Shown: piece by piece, positions 19,625-28,617 of the stretch
How positions within the stretch are numbered: position 1 is the first letter of the stretch
Layout: every line of letters starts with the position of its first letter
Source: an uncultured Actinomycetes bacterium
GTDB taxonomy: Bacteria > Actinomycetota > UBA4738 > HRBIN12
DNA: 64,000 bases
NCBI GenBank assembly: GCA_963810635.1
Contig: CAWEOB010000002.1
Location: forward strand, 2,320-66,319
Direction: 5' to 3'
The notes under the pieces: generated by a model
What the model was told of the DNA's origin: nothing
The model's database searches: none
The model's input: the letters and a program-made list of their open reading frames with translations, nothing else
Translations under genes and position numbers: made by a program

Positions 19625-20233
19625 ATGGCCGACACCACGATCCTGAGCCCGGACGAGCACACCACCACCGGGCTCCCCAGCACCAAGATCGCCATGTGGT
19701 TGTTCCTCGCGTCGGAGTGCTTGCTGTTCGGCGCGCTGATCACCGCGTACGTGCTGTACCGGGGCGCCAGCGAGACGGGTCCCTACCCCGCCGACATCTT
19801 CGACATCGGCTACACCTCCGTGTCGTCGTTCGTCTTGCTGGCGAGCTCGCTCACGATGGTGCTGTCCCTGGTAGCGGCCGAGAAGCGCGACTTCGCCCGG
19901 ATGCGCGTCTGGCTCCTCGCCACCGCGTTCCTCGGCCTGTCGTTCGTGGGCGGCCAGGTCTACGAGTTCACGACCTTCTACGGCGAGGGGCTGGCGATCA
20001 CCACGAACCTGTTCGGGACCACGTTCTACGTCCTGACCGGCTTCCACGGGGTCCACGTGACGGTGGGCATCCTCATGCTCTTGTCGCTCGTGGGCATGTC
20101 GTGGTCCGGGCGGATGCCGGACGACGTGGCGTTCCCGGTGGAGATGGTGGGCCTCTACTGGCACTTCGTGGACGTGGTGTGGATCGTGATCTTCGTGGTC
20201 GTCTACCTGATCCCGACACCCAACCCGGCCTGA
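19625..20233 (+). CDS. ctaE: cytochrome c oxidase subunit III
   Basis: MADTTIL... at 19625. FYVLTGFHGVHVTVGILML and YWHFVDVVWIVIF motifs. Confidence 0.9.
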   Translation: MADTTILSPDEHTTTGLPSTKIAMWLFLASECLLFGALITAYVLYRGASETGPYPADIFDIGYTSVSSFVLLASSLTMVLSLVAAEKRDFARMRVWLLATAFLGLSFVGGQVYEFTTFYGEGLAITTNLFGTTFYVLTGFHGVHVTVGILMLLSLVGMSWSGRMPDDVAFPVEMVGLYWHFVDVVWIVIFVVVYLIPTPNPA

Positions 20234-20255
20234 TGGGAACGGACGGAGCCTGACG

Positions 20256-20615
20256 ATGGGGCAGAAGCTGGACGAGTTCCACGAGGAAGCGGGGGAACGA
20301 GGCATCGCGGATCCCCGTGAGGCGCACGCCCCGCACAAGCAGCATCCGAGCGCCAAGGAGTACATCCGGATCGGCATCATCCTGGCGTTCCTGACGGGCT
20401 TCGAGGTCTGGTTGAGCTACTCGGACGTCCGCGGCGGGCTCCTCGTGGGCCTGCTCGTGGCCACCATGATCACCAAGTTCTCGCTCGTGGCGATGTGGTT
20501 CATGCACCTGCGGTTCGACGATCGACGCTACTCGCGGTTCTTCCTGATCGGACTCGCGCTGGCCGCCACGCTTTACTTGATCGTCCTCCTCCTCTTCCAG
20601 GTGTGGCAGACCTGA
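20256..20615 (+). CDS. ctaF: cytochrome c oxidase subunit IV (prokaryotic COX4 / Bacillus CtaF type)
   Basis: 119 aa with three TM helices and a KFSLVAMWFMHLRFD motif. Its position after ctaE supports the call. Confidence 0.7.
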   Translation: MGQKLDEFHEEAGERGIADPREAHAPHKQHPSAKEYIRIGIILAFLTGFEVWLSYSDVRGGLLVGLLVATMITKFSLVAMWFMHLRFDDRRYSRFFLIGLALAATLYLIVLLLFQVWQT

Positions 20616-20617
20616 TC

Positions 20618-21448
20618 ATGGGCGCCCTTCCCTGGCACGCGCACGCCGACGTCTGGTTCGTCTTCATCTCGCTCAGCGCCGCGTATCTGGTGGCGTGCCG
20701 CCGGCACCTCGCTCGGACCGGCGAGGTCACACCGCGGAAGCGGAAGGTCTTGTTCCTGGGCGGCGTCGGCCTCCTGTGGCTGGCGTCCGACTGGCCGATC
20801 CATGACCTCGCCGAGCAGCGCCTGTACTCCGTGCACATGGTGCAGCACATGCTCTACACGCTCGTCGCCGCTCCGCTCCTGATCACGGGAACACCGGCGT
20901 GGCTCTGGCGGAACATCGTGTCGCCTCGCCCGCTCCGTGTCGTCTTCCGCTTCCTGACGCGGCCCCTCGTGGCGTTGCTGTTCTTCAACAGTGTCCTGCT
21001 CTTCACGCACTGGCCGGCGGTCGTGGCGGCTTCCGTGGGATCCGAGCTCACCCACTTCCTGCTCCACGTGCTCGTGGTCGGGTCGGCCGTGTGCATGTGG
21101 TGGCCCGTGGTCTCCCCGCTCGCGGAGATGCCGGCGCTCTCACCGCCGGGGCAGATGATCTACCTGTTCCTGCAGTCGCTCGCGCCCACGATCCCGGCGT
21201 CGTTCCTGACCTTCGGCCGGTCGCCGCTCTACCCCGTCTACGAGGCCTTCCCCCGGATCTGGGGTATCACGGCGCTGAACGACCAGCTGATGGCCGGGCT
21301 GATCATGAAGCTGATCGGCGGCTTCATCCTCTGGGGCGTGATCGCGTTCGTGTTCTTCAGGTGGGCGGCGCGGGAGCAGCGTGGGGGATGGGACGAATCG
21401 GCGTGGCGCAACGTCGACCGCGAGGTCCACGCGGAGCTGCGCCGGTGA
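20618..21448 (+). CDS. ctaG: cytochrome c oxidase assembly factor CtaG (Bacillus caa3_CtaG type membrane protein)
   Basis: ATG 20618. Multi-TM protein with HMVQHMLYTLVAAPLLITG and WWPVVSP motifs. It follows ctaF directly. Confidence 0.7.
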   Translation: MGALPWHAHADVWFVFISLSAAYLVACRRHLARTGEVTPRKRKVLFLGGVGLLWLASDWPIHDLAEQRLYSVHMVQHMLYTLVAAPLLITGTPAWLWRNIVSPRPLRVVFRFLTRPLVALLFFNSVLLFTHWPAVVAASVGSELTHFLLHVLVVGSAVCMWWPVVSPLAEMPALSPPGQMIYLFLQSLAPTIPASFLTFGRSPLYPVYEAFPRIWGITALNDQLMAGLIMKLIGGFILWGVIAFVFFRWAAREQRGGWDESAWRNVDREVHAELRR

Positions 21449-22434
21449 CCGATCGCTCCCCGTCCCCGCGCGTTGCCCTGCTCCCGGCGATCGTGATCCC
21501 GCTCGTCTGCCTCGTGTTCATCGGGATCGTCCTGTGGACGTTCTCGCGCGTGCTCCTCCAGCTCAGCCACATCGCCGCCACCGCCACCGCACTGGCGGTA
21601 GCCGTCGGCATCCTGGCGGTCGCCGCGTTCGTGGCCAGTCGCAAACAGGTCGGGAGCGGCGCGGTGTTCTCCATGATCGGTGGGGTCTTCGGTGTCACCA
21701 TGCTCGCGGGCGGCATCGCTCTGCTCGTGGGGCAGCCGAGCGAAGGGGGCGGGGAGGCCGTGGTCGTGGCGATCGCCGCACCTGAGGGTGCCGCCACGAA
21801 CGGCTACAGCACCACCACGCTCAACGCGCCGGCCAACGTGGCCTTCACGATCGCGTTCGACAACGAGGATCCGGGGATCCAGCACAACGTGTCGATCGCG
21901 GAGGAGGAGGGCGCGCCGCCCATCTTCGAAGGGACACTCGTGGCCGGCCCGATACAGACCGAGTACCCCATCGAGCCGCTCCCACCCGCGGACTACTTCT
22001 TCTTCTGCACGGCCCACCCCACCGTGATGACGGGAACCCTGACGGTGGCCGAGGGCACCGAGCCCGGCGGTGGAGGTGGGGGCGGGGGTCCGCCCACCAT
22101 CGTGGCGAAGAGCCTGGCGTTCGACACGGACACCCTCTCGTTGCCCGCGGATGCCGAGTCCCCGCTGGTGTTCGACAACGAGGACCCGGGGACGCAGCAC
22201 AACCTCTCGATCTACACGGACGACACCGTCACCGACCAGCTCTTCGAAGGGGAGCTCGTCACCGGGGTCGCGGAGCAGACGTACACCATCCCGCCGCTCG
22301 CCGCTGGCGAGTACTACTTCCGGTGCGACGTCCACACGAACATGAACGGCACCGTGGTCGTGGAGGCACCTGCGGGTGGAGGGGGCGGCGCCGGTGGCGG
22401 CGGTCCGCCGTCCGGGTCACCACCGGGGGGATGA
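21445..22434 (+). CDS. membrane-anchored protein with two tandem cupredoxin (type-1 copper) domains
   Basis: GTG 21445 overlaps the ctaG stop (GTGA). There are three N-terminal TM helices. Two repeats each carry DNEDPG-x-QHN ... C-x2-H-x2/3-M (FFCTAHPTVMTG; FRCDVHTNMNG). A poly-Gly linker and tail are present. Confidence 0.8.
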   Translation: MTDRSPSPRVALLPAIVIPLVCLVFIGIVLWTFSRVLLQLSHIAATATALAVAVGILAVAAFVASRKQVGSGAVFSMIGGVFGVTMLAGGIALLVGQPSEGGGEAVVVAIAAPEGAATNGYSTTTLNAPANVAFTIAFDNEDPGIQHNVSIAEEEGAPPIFEGTLVAGPIQTEYPIEPLPPADYFFFCTAHPTVMTGTLTVAEGTEPGGGGGGGGPPTIVAKSLAFDTDTLSLPADAESPLVFDNEDPGTQHNLSIYTDDTVTDQLFEGELVTGVAEQTYTIPPLAAGEYYFRCDVHTNMNGTVVVEAPAGGGGGAGGGGPPSGSPPGG

Positions 22435-22435
22435 G

Positions 22436-22981
22436 GTGGCGCGTCCGCGGCGATCGCCTGCGGGTCTGGTGGCAGCCCCCGTCCTGATCGCCTTGCTGGC
22501 GGCGTGCACCGGGGGATCCACCGAGACCGGCACCACCTCGGTCCAGCGCGTCTCGGAGCCGCTGCCACTGCTCGAAGGGAAGGCCGTCGACGGCGACGCC
22601 ACCTTGTCCACGGCCGACCATGCGGGCGAGGTGTTGGTCCTGAACGTCTGGGCCTCGTGGTGCGCTCCGTGCGAAGAGGAGATGCCCGAGCTCGTCCGCG
22701 TCGCCGAACGCTACGAGAACCGCGGCGTGACGTTCCTGGGCATCAACCACACGGATCAGCTCGCGAGCGCGCGGACCTTCGCGCGGCGCTACCGCGTGCC
22801 GTACGACAGCTTCCACGACGACGCCGGCCGGTTCGCAGCCAAGCTGGGCTACCTCGGGCTCCCGGATACCTACGTGGTCGATGCCGGTGGGACGATCCGT
22901 TTCGCGATCAACGGACCCACGACCGAAGCGGAGCTGTCCGGCCTGCTCGATGAGGTCCTCGCGGAGGGCGGCGGGACCTGA
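22436..22981 (+). CDS. TlpA/ResA-family thiol-disulfide oxidoreductase lipoprotein (cytochrome maturation)
   Basis: Lipobox LIALLAACTGG. Thioredoxin motif NVWASWCAPCEEEMP. Confidence 0.85.
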   Translation: MARPRRSPAGLVAAPVLIALLAACTGGSTETGTTSVQRVSEPLPLLEGKAVDGDATLSTADHAGEVLVLNVWASWCAPCEEEMPELVRVAERYENRGVTFLGINHTDQLASARTFARRYRVPYDSFHDDAGRFAAKLGYLGLPDTYVVDAGGTIRFAINGPTTEAELSGLLDEVLAEGGGT

Positions 22982-23009
22982 GCGTCGGGAACCGCCTGAG
23001 ATCGCCGGC

Positions 23010-24848
23010 TCAGACGACGGCGTCCACGGCGATCGCGCCGAACAGGGCGGCGAGGTAGATCACCGAGTACTTGAAGAGGCCCCACGCCCGATCGTCGCTC
23101 GGCGATCGCCACAGGATGAGCGCCCGGTAGACGAACGCGCCGCCGAGGACGAGCGCGGTCGCGAGGTACACGGGACCCATGGAGGCCACGGGTACGAGCA
23201 ACAGCGTGACCCCGAACAGCACGAGCGAGTACAGGAAGATCTGGCGCCGGGTCTCGTCGTCGCCCCGCACGACCGGCATCATGGGGATCCCGGCGGTGGC
23301 GTAGTCGTCCTGGACCCGCATGGCCAGCGCCCAGAAGTGCGGCGGCGTCCAGACGAAGACCACGGCGAACAGGACCAGGGCAGGCCATGCGAGGGTCCCC
23401 GTTACCGCCGCCCACCCGACCAGCACGGGGACCGCGCCAGCCGCGCCGCCGATCACGATGTTCTGGTCGGTGGAGCGCTTCAGCCACATCGTGTAGACGA
23501 AGACGTAGAAGGCGATGGCCGCGAGCGCCAGGATCGCCGCGAGCACGTTCACCGTGAGGGCGAGGAAGGCGAACGAGACGGCGCCGAGCACGAACCCGAA
23601 CCGCAAGGCGTGCTCCGGGGTCACCTGGTGGCTGGGGAGGGGGCGCTGCCGGGTGCGCCGCATGACCTCGTCGATGTCGCGGTCCAGGTACATGTTGATC
23701 GCGTTGGCCGAGCCGGCGGCGAGGGTGCCGCCGATGAGGGTGGCGAGGATCAGCCAGATGGACGGGACGCCGGCCGCCGCCAGCATCATCGCGGGCACGG
23801 TGGTGATCAGGAGCAGGACGATGATCCGGGGCTTCGTGAGCGCGAGGTAGGCGCGCGCCGCGTCGCGGAGCGACGCGGCGGGCGCCGGGGCGGTGGCCCG
23901 CTGACCGGCCGCGTCGCCGGCCTCGGCCGGCGACGCGGCCTCCCCCGTCCGGGGTTCGTGCCGAGCCGCCACCGCGAGGGCAACCACCGTGCTCCAGATC
24001 AACGCCGACATGGCCACGTGACCCGCCTGGGGGACCGTGGCGAGCTCGGTCACCACGTTGAGGCCACCCAGGATGACCTGACCCACGACGAACACGGCCG
24101 CGAGCGTGGAGAGGTTCACGAGGATCCGCGAGCGGGGCCGCATGGCGCGGGCCCGGATCGCGAGCCAGAGCACCAGGGCGGTCACGACGAGCGCGAGCCC
24201 TCGGTGCACGAACATCTCCATCGCTCCCGTGACCACGAGGGACGGCACCAGCCGGCCGCCCATCAGGGGCCAGTCGCGGAACGCGAGCCCGGCCCCCTCG
24301 GCGCGCACGTAGGTGCCCACCAGCAGGAGGGCGTACGTAGCCGCCACCGTCCAGGCGGCGAGCCGGGCGAAGCCCGGGTCGGCGGCGGGACGGTCGCCGA
24401 GGTAGGCGAGCGCCGTGATCACCACGGTCGCGGCGAGCGCGATGAACGCCACGGCGAAATGGACGGTGACCACGCGGGGGTCGAGGTCCGAGAGCACGAC
24501 CCAGCCTCCGAGCGCTCCCTGCACGGCGAAGAGGGGGGCGAGGCCGACGGCCAGCCAGGCCGCCGCGGCGGGCACGGGGAGCGCGGTCCCACTCCACCGA
24601 TGGCGGAGCAGCATGACGATCGCGACGATCGCGAGCCCGATCGAGAGACCCCCGCTCAGGACCGCCAGCGCGCGATGCAGGTACTCGATGAGGGTGTGGT
24701 ACTCGACGCGCGGCACCCACGAGCCGAAGCAGCGTGGCCAGTCCGGGCACCCGTCCCCGGACCCGGTTGCGCGGACGATGCCGCCCCACGCGATCAGGAG
24801 CAGCGTCGAGGCGGTGGTGGCGACGGCGAGCCGGCGGAATGCCTTCAT
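23010..24848 (-). CDS. fused heme A synthase (CtaA/COX15) - heme O synthase (CtaB, protoheme IX farnesyltransferase)
   Basis: Start MKAFRRLAVATT at 24848. The N-terminal half carries GDGCPDWPRCFG and His-containing helices (CtaA). After an Ala-rich linker, the C-terminal half carries LTKPRIIVLLLITT, NMYLDRDIDEVMRRTRQRPL and WTPPHFWALA (CtaB). Confidence 0.88.
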   Translation of the reverse strand: MKAFRRLAVATTASTLLLIAWGGIVRATGSGDGCPDWPRCFGSWVPRVEYHTLIEYLHRALAVLSGGLSIGLAIVAIVMLLRHRWSGTALPVPAAAAWLAVGLAPLFAVQGALGGWVVLSDLDPRVVTVHFAVAFIALAATVVITALAYLGDRPAADPGFARLAAWTVAATYALLLVGTYVRAEGAGLAFRDWPLMGGRLVPSLVVTGAMEMFVHRGLALVVTALVLWLAIRARAMRPRSRILVNLSTLAAVFVVGQVILGGLNVVTELATVPQAGHVAMSALIWSTVVALAVAARHEPRTGEAASPAEAGDAAGQRATAPAPAASLRDAARAYLALTKPRIIVLLLITTVPAMMLAAAGVPSIWLILATLIGGTLAAGSANAINMYLDRDIDEVMRRTRQRPLPSHQVTPEHALRFGFVLGAVSFAFLALTVNVLAAILALAAIAFYVFVYTMWLKRSTDQNIVIGGAAGAVPVLVGWAAVTGTLAWPALVLFAVVFVWTPPHFWALAMRVQDDYATAGIPMMPVVRGDDETRRQIFLYSLVLFGVTLLLVPVASMGPVYLATALVLGGAFVYRALILWRSPSDDRAWGLFKYSVIYLAALFGAIAVDAVV

Positions 24849-24945
24849 GGGGTGGGTGCGGCGGTCGGGCCATGATACCGGCGGCCGATCGTCGACACGC
24901 CCGGGGCACCTCGCCCGCCACGGGCCTTGCGATACTGGCCCCACG

Positions 24946-25822
24946 ATGACGGCTGGGATCTCGGACGCCTCGGGGCTGCTGCTCCTGCGGGACCGGGTGG
25001 ACGACGTCCTCCGCGAGTTCCTGGAGGCGCGCCGTCTCGAGCTCGGCTGGATCGACCCCCACGCCGTCGAGCCGCTCGACGAGCTGATCGGCCTCATCGA
25101 GGCCGGCGGCAAGCGCCTGCGTCCGGCCTTCTGCTACTGGGGGTTCCGCGCCGGGGGAGGCGAGGACGGCGAACCGATCCTGCTCGCGGCGGCATCCTTC
25201 GAGCTCTTGCACACCATGGCGCTGATCCACGACGACGTCATGGACGGGACGGCGATGCGACGGAACCGGCCTGCGACCCACGTGCGCCAGGCGGAAGCCG
25301 CGGCGGGCCGTGGCGTCCCCGAATCCGGAGCGGGTCGGCGCCGCCGTCGCCATCCTGGCCGGGGATCTCGCTGCCGTCCTCGCCGACCAGCTCCTCTTGG
25401 AGGCGGGCTTCCCGCCCGAGCGGCTCGCCGCCGCGCTCGCTCGCTATCATCGGATGCGTCTCGAGATGGCGGCGGGCCAGTTCCTGGACCTGACCGATGC
25501 CGACGCCGACGCGCGTCGCCTGGCCTTCCTCAAGGGAGGGTCGTACACGGTGCTCGGGCCGCTGCTGGTGGGCGCAGGGCTGGCCGGCGCGCCCGAGGAC
25601 GTGGAGACATGTCTGCGCCGCTTCGGCGAACCGCTCGGGCAAGCGTTCCAACTCCTCGACGATCTGCGGGATGAGGACGGCGTCGGCGGGGTCACACTCG
25701 ACGACGTGCGCGCCTTGGTGGGCGACGCGACGTCGGCGCTCGACCCGGCCGTGCTCGGGGCGGCCGCTGCGCAAGCGCTCGCGACCCTGACCGAGCTCGC
25801 GATGGGAGCCGAGGCTCGGTGA
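24946..25822 (+). CDS. short-chain polyprenyl diphosphate synthase (FPP/GGPP synthase-like), with an apparent frameshift around 25295-25330
   Basis: The first Asp-rich motif (LIHDDVMD) is in the frame of ORF 24415... The AILAGDL and second motif (FQLLDDLRDE) are in ORF 25310..25822. Confidence 0.8.
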
Positions 25823-26253
25823 CCGAGGACACCGGCTGGCTGCGAACGGCGTTCCGCGACACCCTCCAATGCCGCATCGGGACCGTCCGGCCCGACGGTG
25901 GCCCGCACGTCGACGTCCGGTGGTTCGTGTGGCTCGAGGACGCCCTCTGGGTCGCGACCGGGATGGGGGACCGGACCTGGGAACACGCCAACCGCGATCC
26001 GCGGGTCTCGATCCTGATCGACCGTGGCCGGGACTGGGTGGAGCTCGCCGGCGTCCGCGTGGAAGGCGTCGCCGAGCCCATGCCCGCCGAGCACCCCGAT
26101 CTCCGCGAACCGATGTCGGCTTGGCACGACAAGTACCGTTCGTTGCTGACGGGCGAAGGCTTCGAACGGCTGACCACGAGCGTCCGGTCGCTGGGCTTCC
26201 TCCGGGTGGCCCCGGCTCGGATCGCCACGTGGGACCATCGGCTCGGGGGGTGA
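25819..26253 (+). CDS. pyridoxamine 5'-phosphate oxidase-family (split-barrel flavin/F420-binding) protein
   Basis: 144 aa. GTG 25819 overlaps the upstream stop (GTGA). The family call comes from general sequence character only (RIGTVRPDGGPHV...RDPRVSILID). Confidence 0.45.
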   Translation: MTEDTGWLRTAFRDTLQCRIGTVRPDGGPHVDVRWFVWLEDALWVATGMGDRTWEHANRDPRVSILIDRGRDWVELAGVRVEGVAEPMPAEHPDLREPMSAWHDKYRSLLTGEGFERLTTSVRSLGFLRVAPARIATWDHRLGG

Positions 26254-26334
26254 ACCTCCGCACCCGTGGCCCCCGGCGCGAGGGGAGCCCGACCTGGACG
26301 GAGGCGAGGGCCACGGCGTACGATAACCGGCAGC

Positions 26335-26352
26335 TTGTGAAACATTTCACAA
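26335..26352. promoter_or_regulatory. Rex operator (perfect TTGTGAA-N4-TTCACAA)
   Basis: ttgtgaaacatttcacaa, read directly. It lies 32 nt upstream of GTG 26384, which heads the reductase-nuoA-N gene string. Confidence 0.8.
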
Positions 26353-26383
26353 GGTCGCCCGACCTGAGGGGGAGCGGGAGCGC

Positions 26384-27637
26384 GTGAGCGCCGAGCGGAC
26401 GATCGAGACCGACGTCCTGGTGGTGGGCGCCGGGCCCGGCGGCTCCACCGCCGCCTACTACCTCGCGCGCCACGGCCTCGACGTCACCGTCGTCGAGAAG
26501 GCGACCTTCCCGCGCGAGAAGGTGTGCGGCGACGGCATCACGCCGCGCGCGGTGAAGTCGTTGCTGGCGATGGGCATCGATTGCGATGATCCTGCGTTCG
26601 AACGGGTGATCGGCCTGCGCGTCTACTCGCGGGCCACCACGATCGACCTCCCCTGGCCCGAGCTCGAGACCTACCCCGACTTCGGCCTCGTGATGCCTCG
26701 GGACGGGTTCGATCAGCTGCTCGCGCAGCGGGCCGTGAAGGCGGGGGCTCGCCTCCTCGAGGCCACGGAGGCGGTCGCACCGATCATGGACGACGGGTGG
26801 GTCACGGGAGCACGCACGCGCCCGGCGGGCGAGCCCGCCGCCGACGGCACCGTCATCCGCGCTCGTTGCACGATCGCGTCCGACGGTGCCGCCAGCCGCT
26901 TCGCCAAACCCGCGGGCGTGCGTCGCGACGACACACGCCCGCTCGGCATCGCCGCACGGCGCTACTACCGTGTTCCCTACCACCCCGGCCCATGGCTCGA
27001 GTCGTGGCTCGATCTGTGGGACGGCGAGATGCTCCTGCCGGGCTACGGCTGGTTGTTCCCCATGGCGGGAGGCCGCATCAACCTGGGCGCGGGGCTCCTC
27101 AACACCTTCCGCAACTTCAAGGACGTGTCGGCGCAGCAGCTGTTCTCGGTGTTCGCCGGGATGCTCCCGGACGAGTGGGGGATCTCCGAGGAGACGGCCG
27201 AGGGACGCACCCTCTCGGGTCCGCTGCCCATGAGCGTCAACAGGATCCCACCGGCGGTGCCGGGGCTCCTGCTGATCGGCGACGCCGCCGGCGCCGTGAA
27301 CCCGTTCAACGGTGAGGGCATCGCCTACGCGATGGAGACGGGCGAGATCGCCGCGGACCTCGTCCATGAGGCCATCGTCCACGACCGTCCCGCGCTCACG
27401 ATGATGTATCCCCACGTCCTGCGGGACCGCTACGGGCGCTACTTCTTCATCGGCCGGCAGTTCGCCAAGATCGTCGGGAACCCGGCGGCGATGGGGTTCT
27501 TCACGAACCACCTGCTCCCGAACCCGACGGTGATGCGCTTCGCCCTGCGCGTCATGGGGAACCTCTCGGACGGACCCGACGGCGACTTCCAAGACCGCCT
27601 CTTCCACGTGGCGCAGCGGATCGCGCGGGCATCGTGA
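26384..27637 (+). CDS. geranylgeranyl reductase-family FAD-dependent oxidoreductase (MenJ-like)
   Basis: 417 aa with VLVVGAGPGGSTAAYYLA, KVCGDGITPRA and LIGDAAGAVNPFNGEGI motifs. Confidence 0.85.
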   Translation: MSAERTIETDVLVVGAGPGGSTAAYYLARHGLDVTVVEKATFPREKVCGDGITPRAVKSLLAMGIDCDDPAFERVIGLRVYSRATTIDLPWPELETYPDFGLVMPRDGFDQLLAQRAVKAGARLLEATEAVAPIMDDGWVTGARTRPAGEPAADGTVIRARCTIASDGAASRFAKPAGVRRDDTRPLGIAARRYYRVPYHPGPWLESWLDLWDGEMLLPGYGWLFPMAGGRINLGAGLLNTFRNFKDVSAQQLFSVFAGMLPDEWGISEETAEGRTLSGPLPMSVNRIPPAVPGLLLIGDAAGAVNPFNGEGIAYAMETGEIAADLVHEAIVHDRPALTMMYPHVLRDRYGRYFFIGRQFAKIVGNPAAMGFFTNHLLPNPTVMRFALRVMGNLSDGPDGDFQDRLFHVAQRIARAS

Positions 27638-27656
27638 TCCGTAGGACGGCGGCCGC

Positions 27657-28109
27657 ATGCTGAGCAGCTACCTGCCGATCGTCGTGCTCGCTGCGCTCGC
27701 CACCGTGTTCGCAGTGGCGTCCCTGGGGGCGTCGTCGCTCCTACGTCCGCACAAGCCGAACCCGGTGAAACTGTCCGCGTACGAATGCGGCAACGACCCG
27801 GTCCGGCTCCCCCGGGGCGAGCGCTTCAGCGTGAAGTTCTACCTGGTGGCGATGCTCTTCATCATCTTCGACATCGAGACGATCTTCCTCTTCCCCTGGG
27901 CTGTCACGTTCCGGCAGCTGGGGTTGTTCGGGCTCGTGGAGATGGCGGTGTTCATCGGTCTCGTTCTCGTTGCGTACGTCTACGTCTGGCGCAAGGGCGG
28001 CTTCGAGTGGGCCGGCGGCGAACGACCCGACACTGCGGAGCGTGAGTCGGACGAGGCGCTCGAGACCGCGCCCGAGCGGGAGCTGGAGGGAGCCCGCGGT
28101 GCCGGTTGA
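27657..28109 (+). CDS. nuoA: NADH-quinone oxidoreductase subunit A
   Basis: YECGNDP and [15 protein letters not shown] motifs. It has an acidic C-terminal tail. Confidence 0.92.
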   Translation: MLSSYLPIVVLAALATVFAVASLGASSLLRPHKPNPVKLSAYECGNDPVRLPRGERFSVKFYLVAMLFIIFDIETIFLFPWAVTFRQLGLFGLVEMAVFIGLVLVAYVYVWRKGGFEWAGGERPDTAERESDEALETAPERELEGARGAG

Positions 28110-28617
28110 GCGGATCGAAGGTGTGCACCTCGGGACGACCCCCGAGGAGGTCGAGGAGGAGGTCGAGCGCGGGGTCCTGTTGACCTCGCTCGACCGGGCG
28201 GTGGGCTGGGCTCGCAAGCAGTCGATGTGGCCCGCCACGTTCGGCCTCGCCTGCTGCGCGATCGAGATGATGTCCACCGGCGCGGGTCAGTACGACCTCT
28301 CGCGGTGGGGCATGGAGCTGTTCCGCGCGTCGCCTCGCCAAGCCGATCTGATGATCGTGGCCGGCCGCGTCTCGCAGAAGATGGCGCCGGTGCTGCGCCG
28401 GATCTACGACCAGATGGCCGACCCGAAATGGGTCATCTCCATGGGGGTGTGCGCCTCCGCCGGGGGCATGTTCACGAACTACGCCATCGTGCAGGGCGTC
28501 GACACCATCGTGCCCGTCGATGTCTACGTGCCCGGCTGCCCCCCGAAGCCCGAGATGCTCATGCACGGGATCTTGACCCTCCAGCAGAAGGTCCGGACGT
28601 CGGAGCCGTTCCGGTGA
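28099..28617 (+). CDS. nuoB: NADH-quinone oxidoreductase subunit B
   Basis: GTG 28099. Cluster N2 ligands [18 protein letters not shown] and VPGCPPKPE. Confidence 0.92.
   Translation: MPVERIEGVHLGTTPEEVEEEVERGVLLTSLDRAVGWARKQSMWPATFGLACCAIEMMSTGAGQYDLSRWGMELFRASPRQADLMIVAGRVSQKMAPVLRRIYDQMADPKWVISMGVCASAGGMFTNYAIVQGVDTIVPVDVYVPGCPPKPEMLMHGILTLQQKVRTSEPFR

Noticed and set aside
24849-25112. 88-aa N-terminal extension of the CtaA-CtaB ORF (track ORF 23010..25112)
   Set aside because: The extension is Ser/Arg/Pro-rich nonsense and overlaps the divergent prenyl synthase start region. The hydrophobic CtaA N-terminus begins at MKAFRRLAVATT (24848).
22870-27658. Very long minus-strand ORFs (827 aa at 22870..25353; 806 aa at 25238..27658) and similar ones elsewhere (16055..18040, 17436..19463, 32490..34367, 37217..38980, 49057..50397)
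   Set aside because: Their translations are dominated by Arg, Pro, Gly and His with no motifs. They lie in alternative or antisense frames over well-supported genes. Open antisense frames are expected at about 70% GC.
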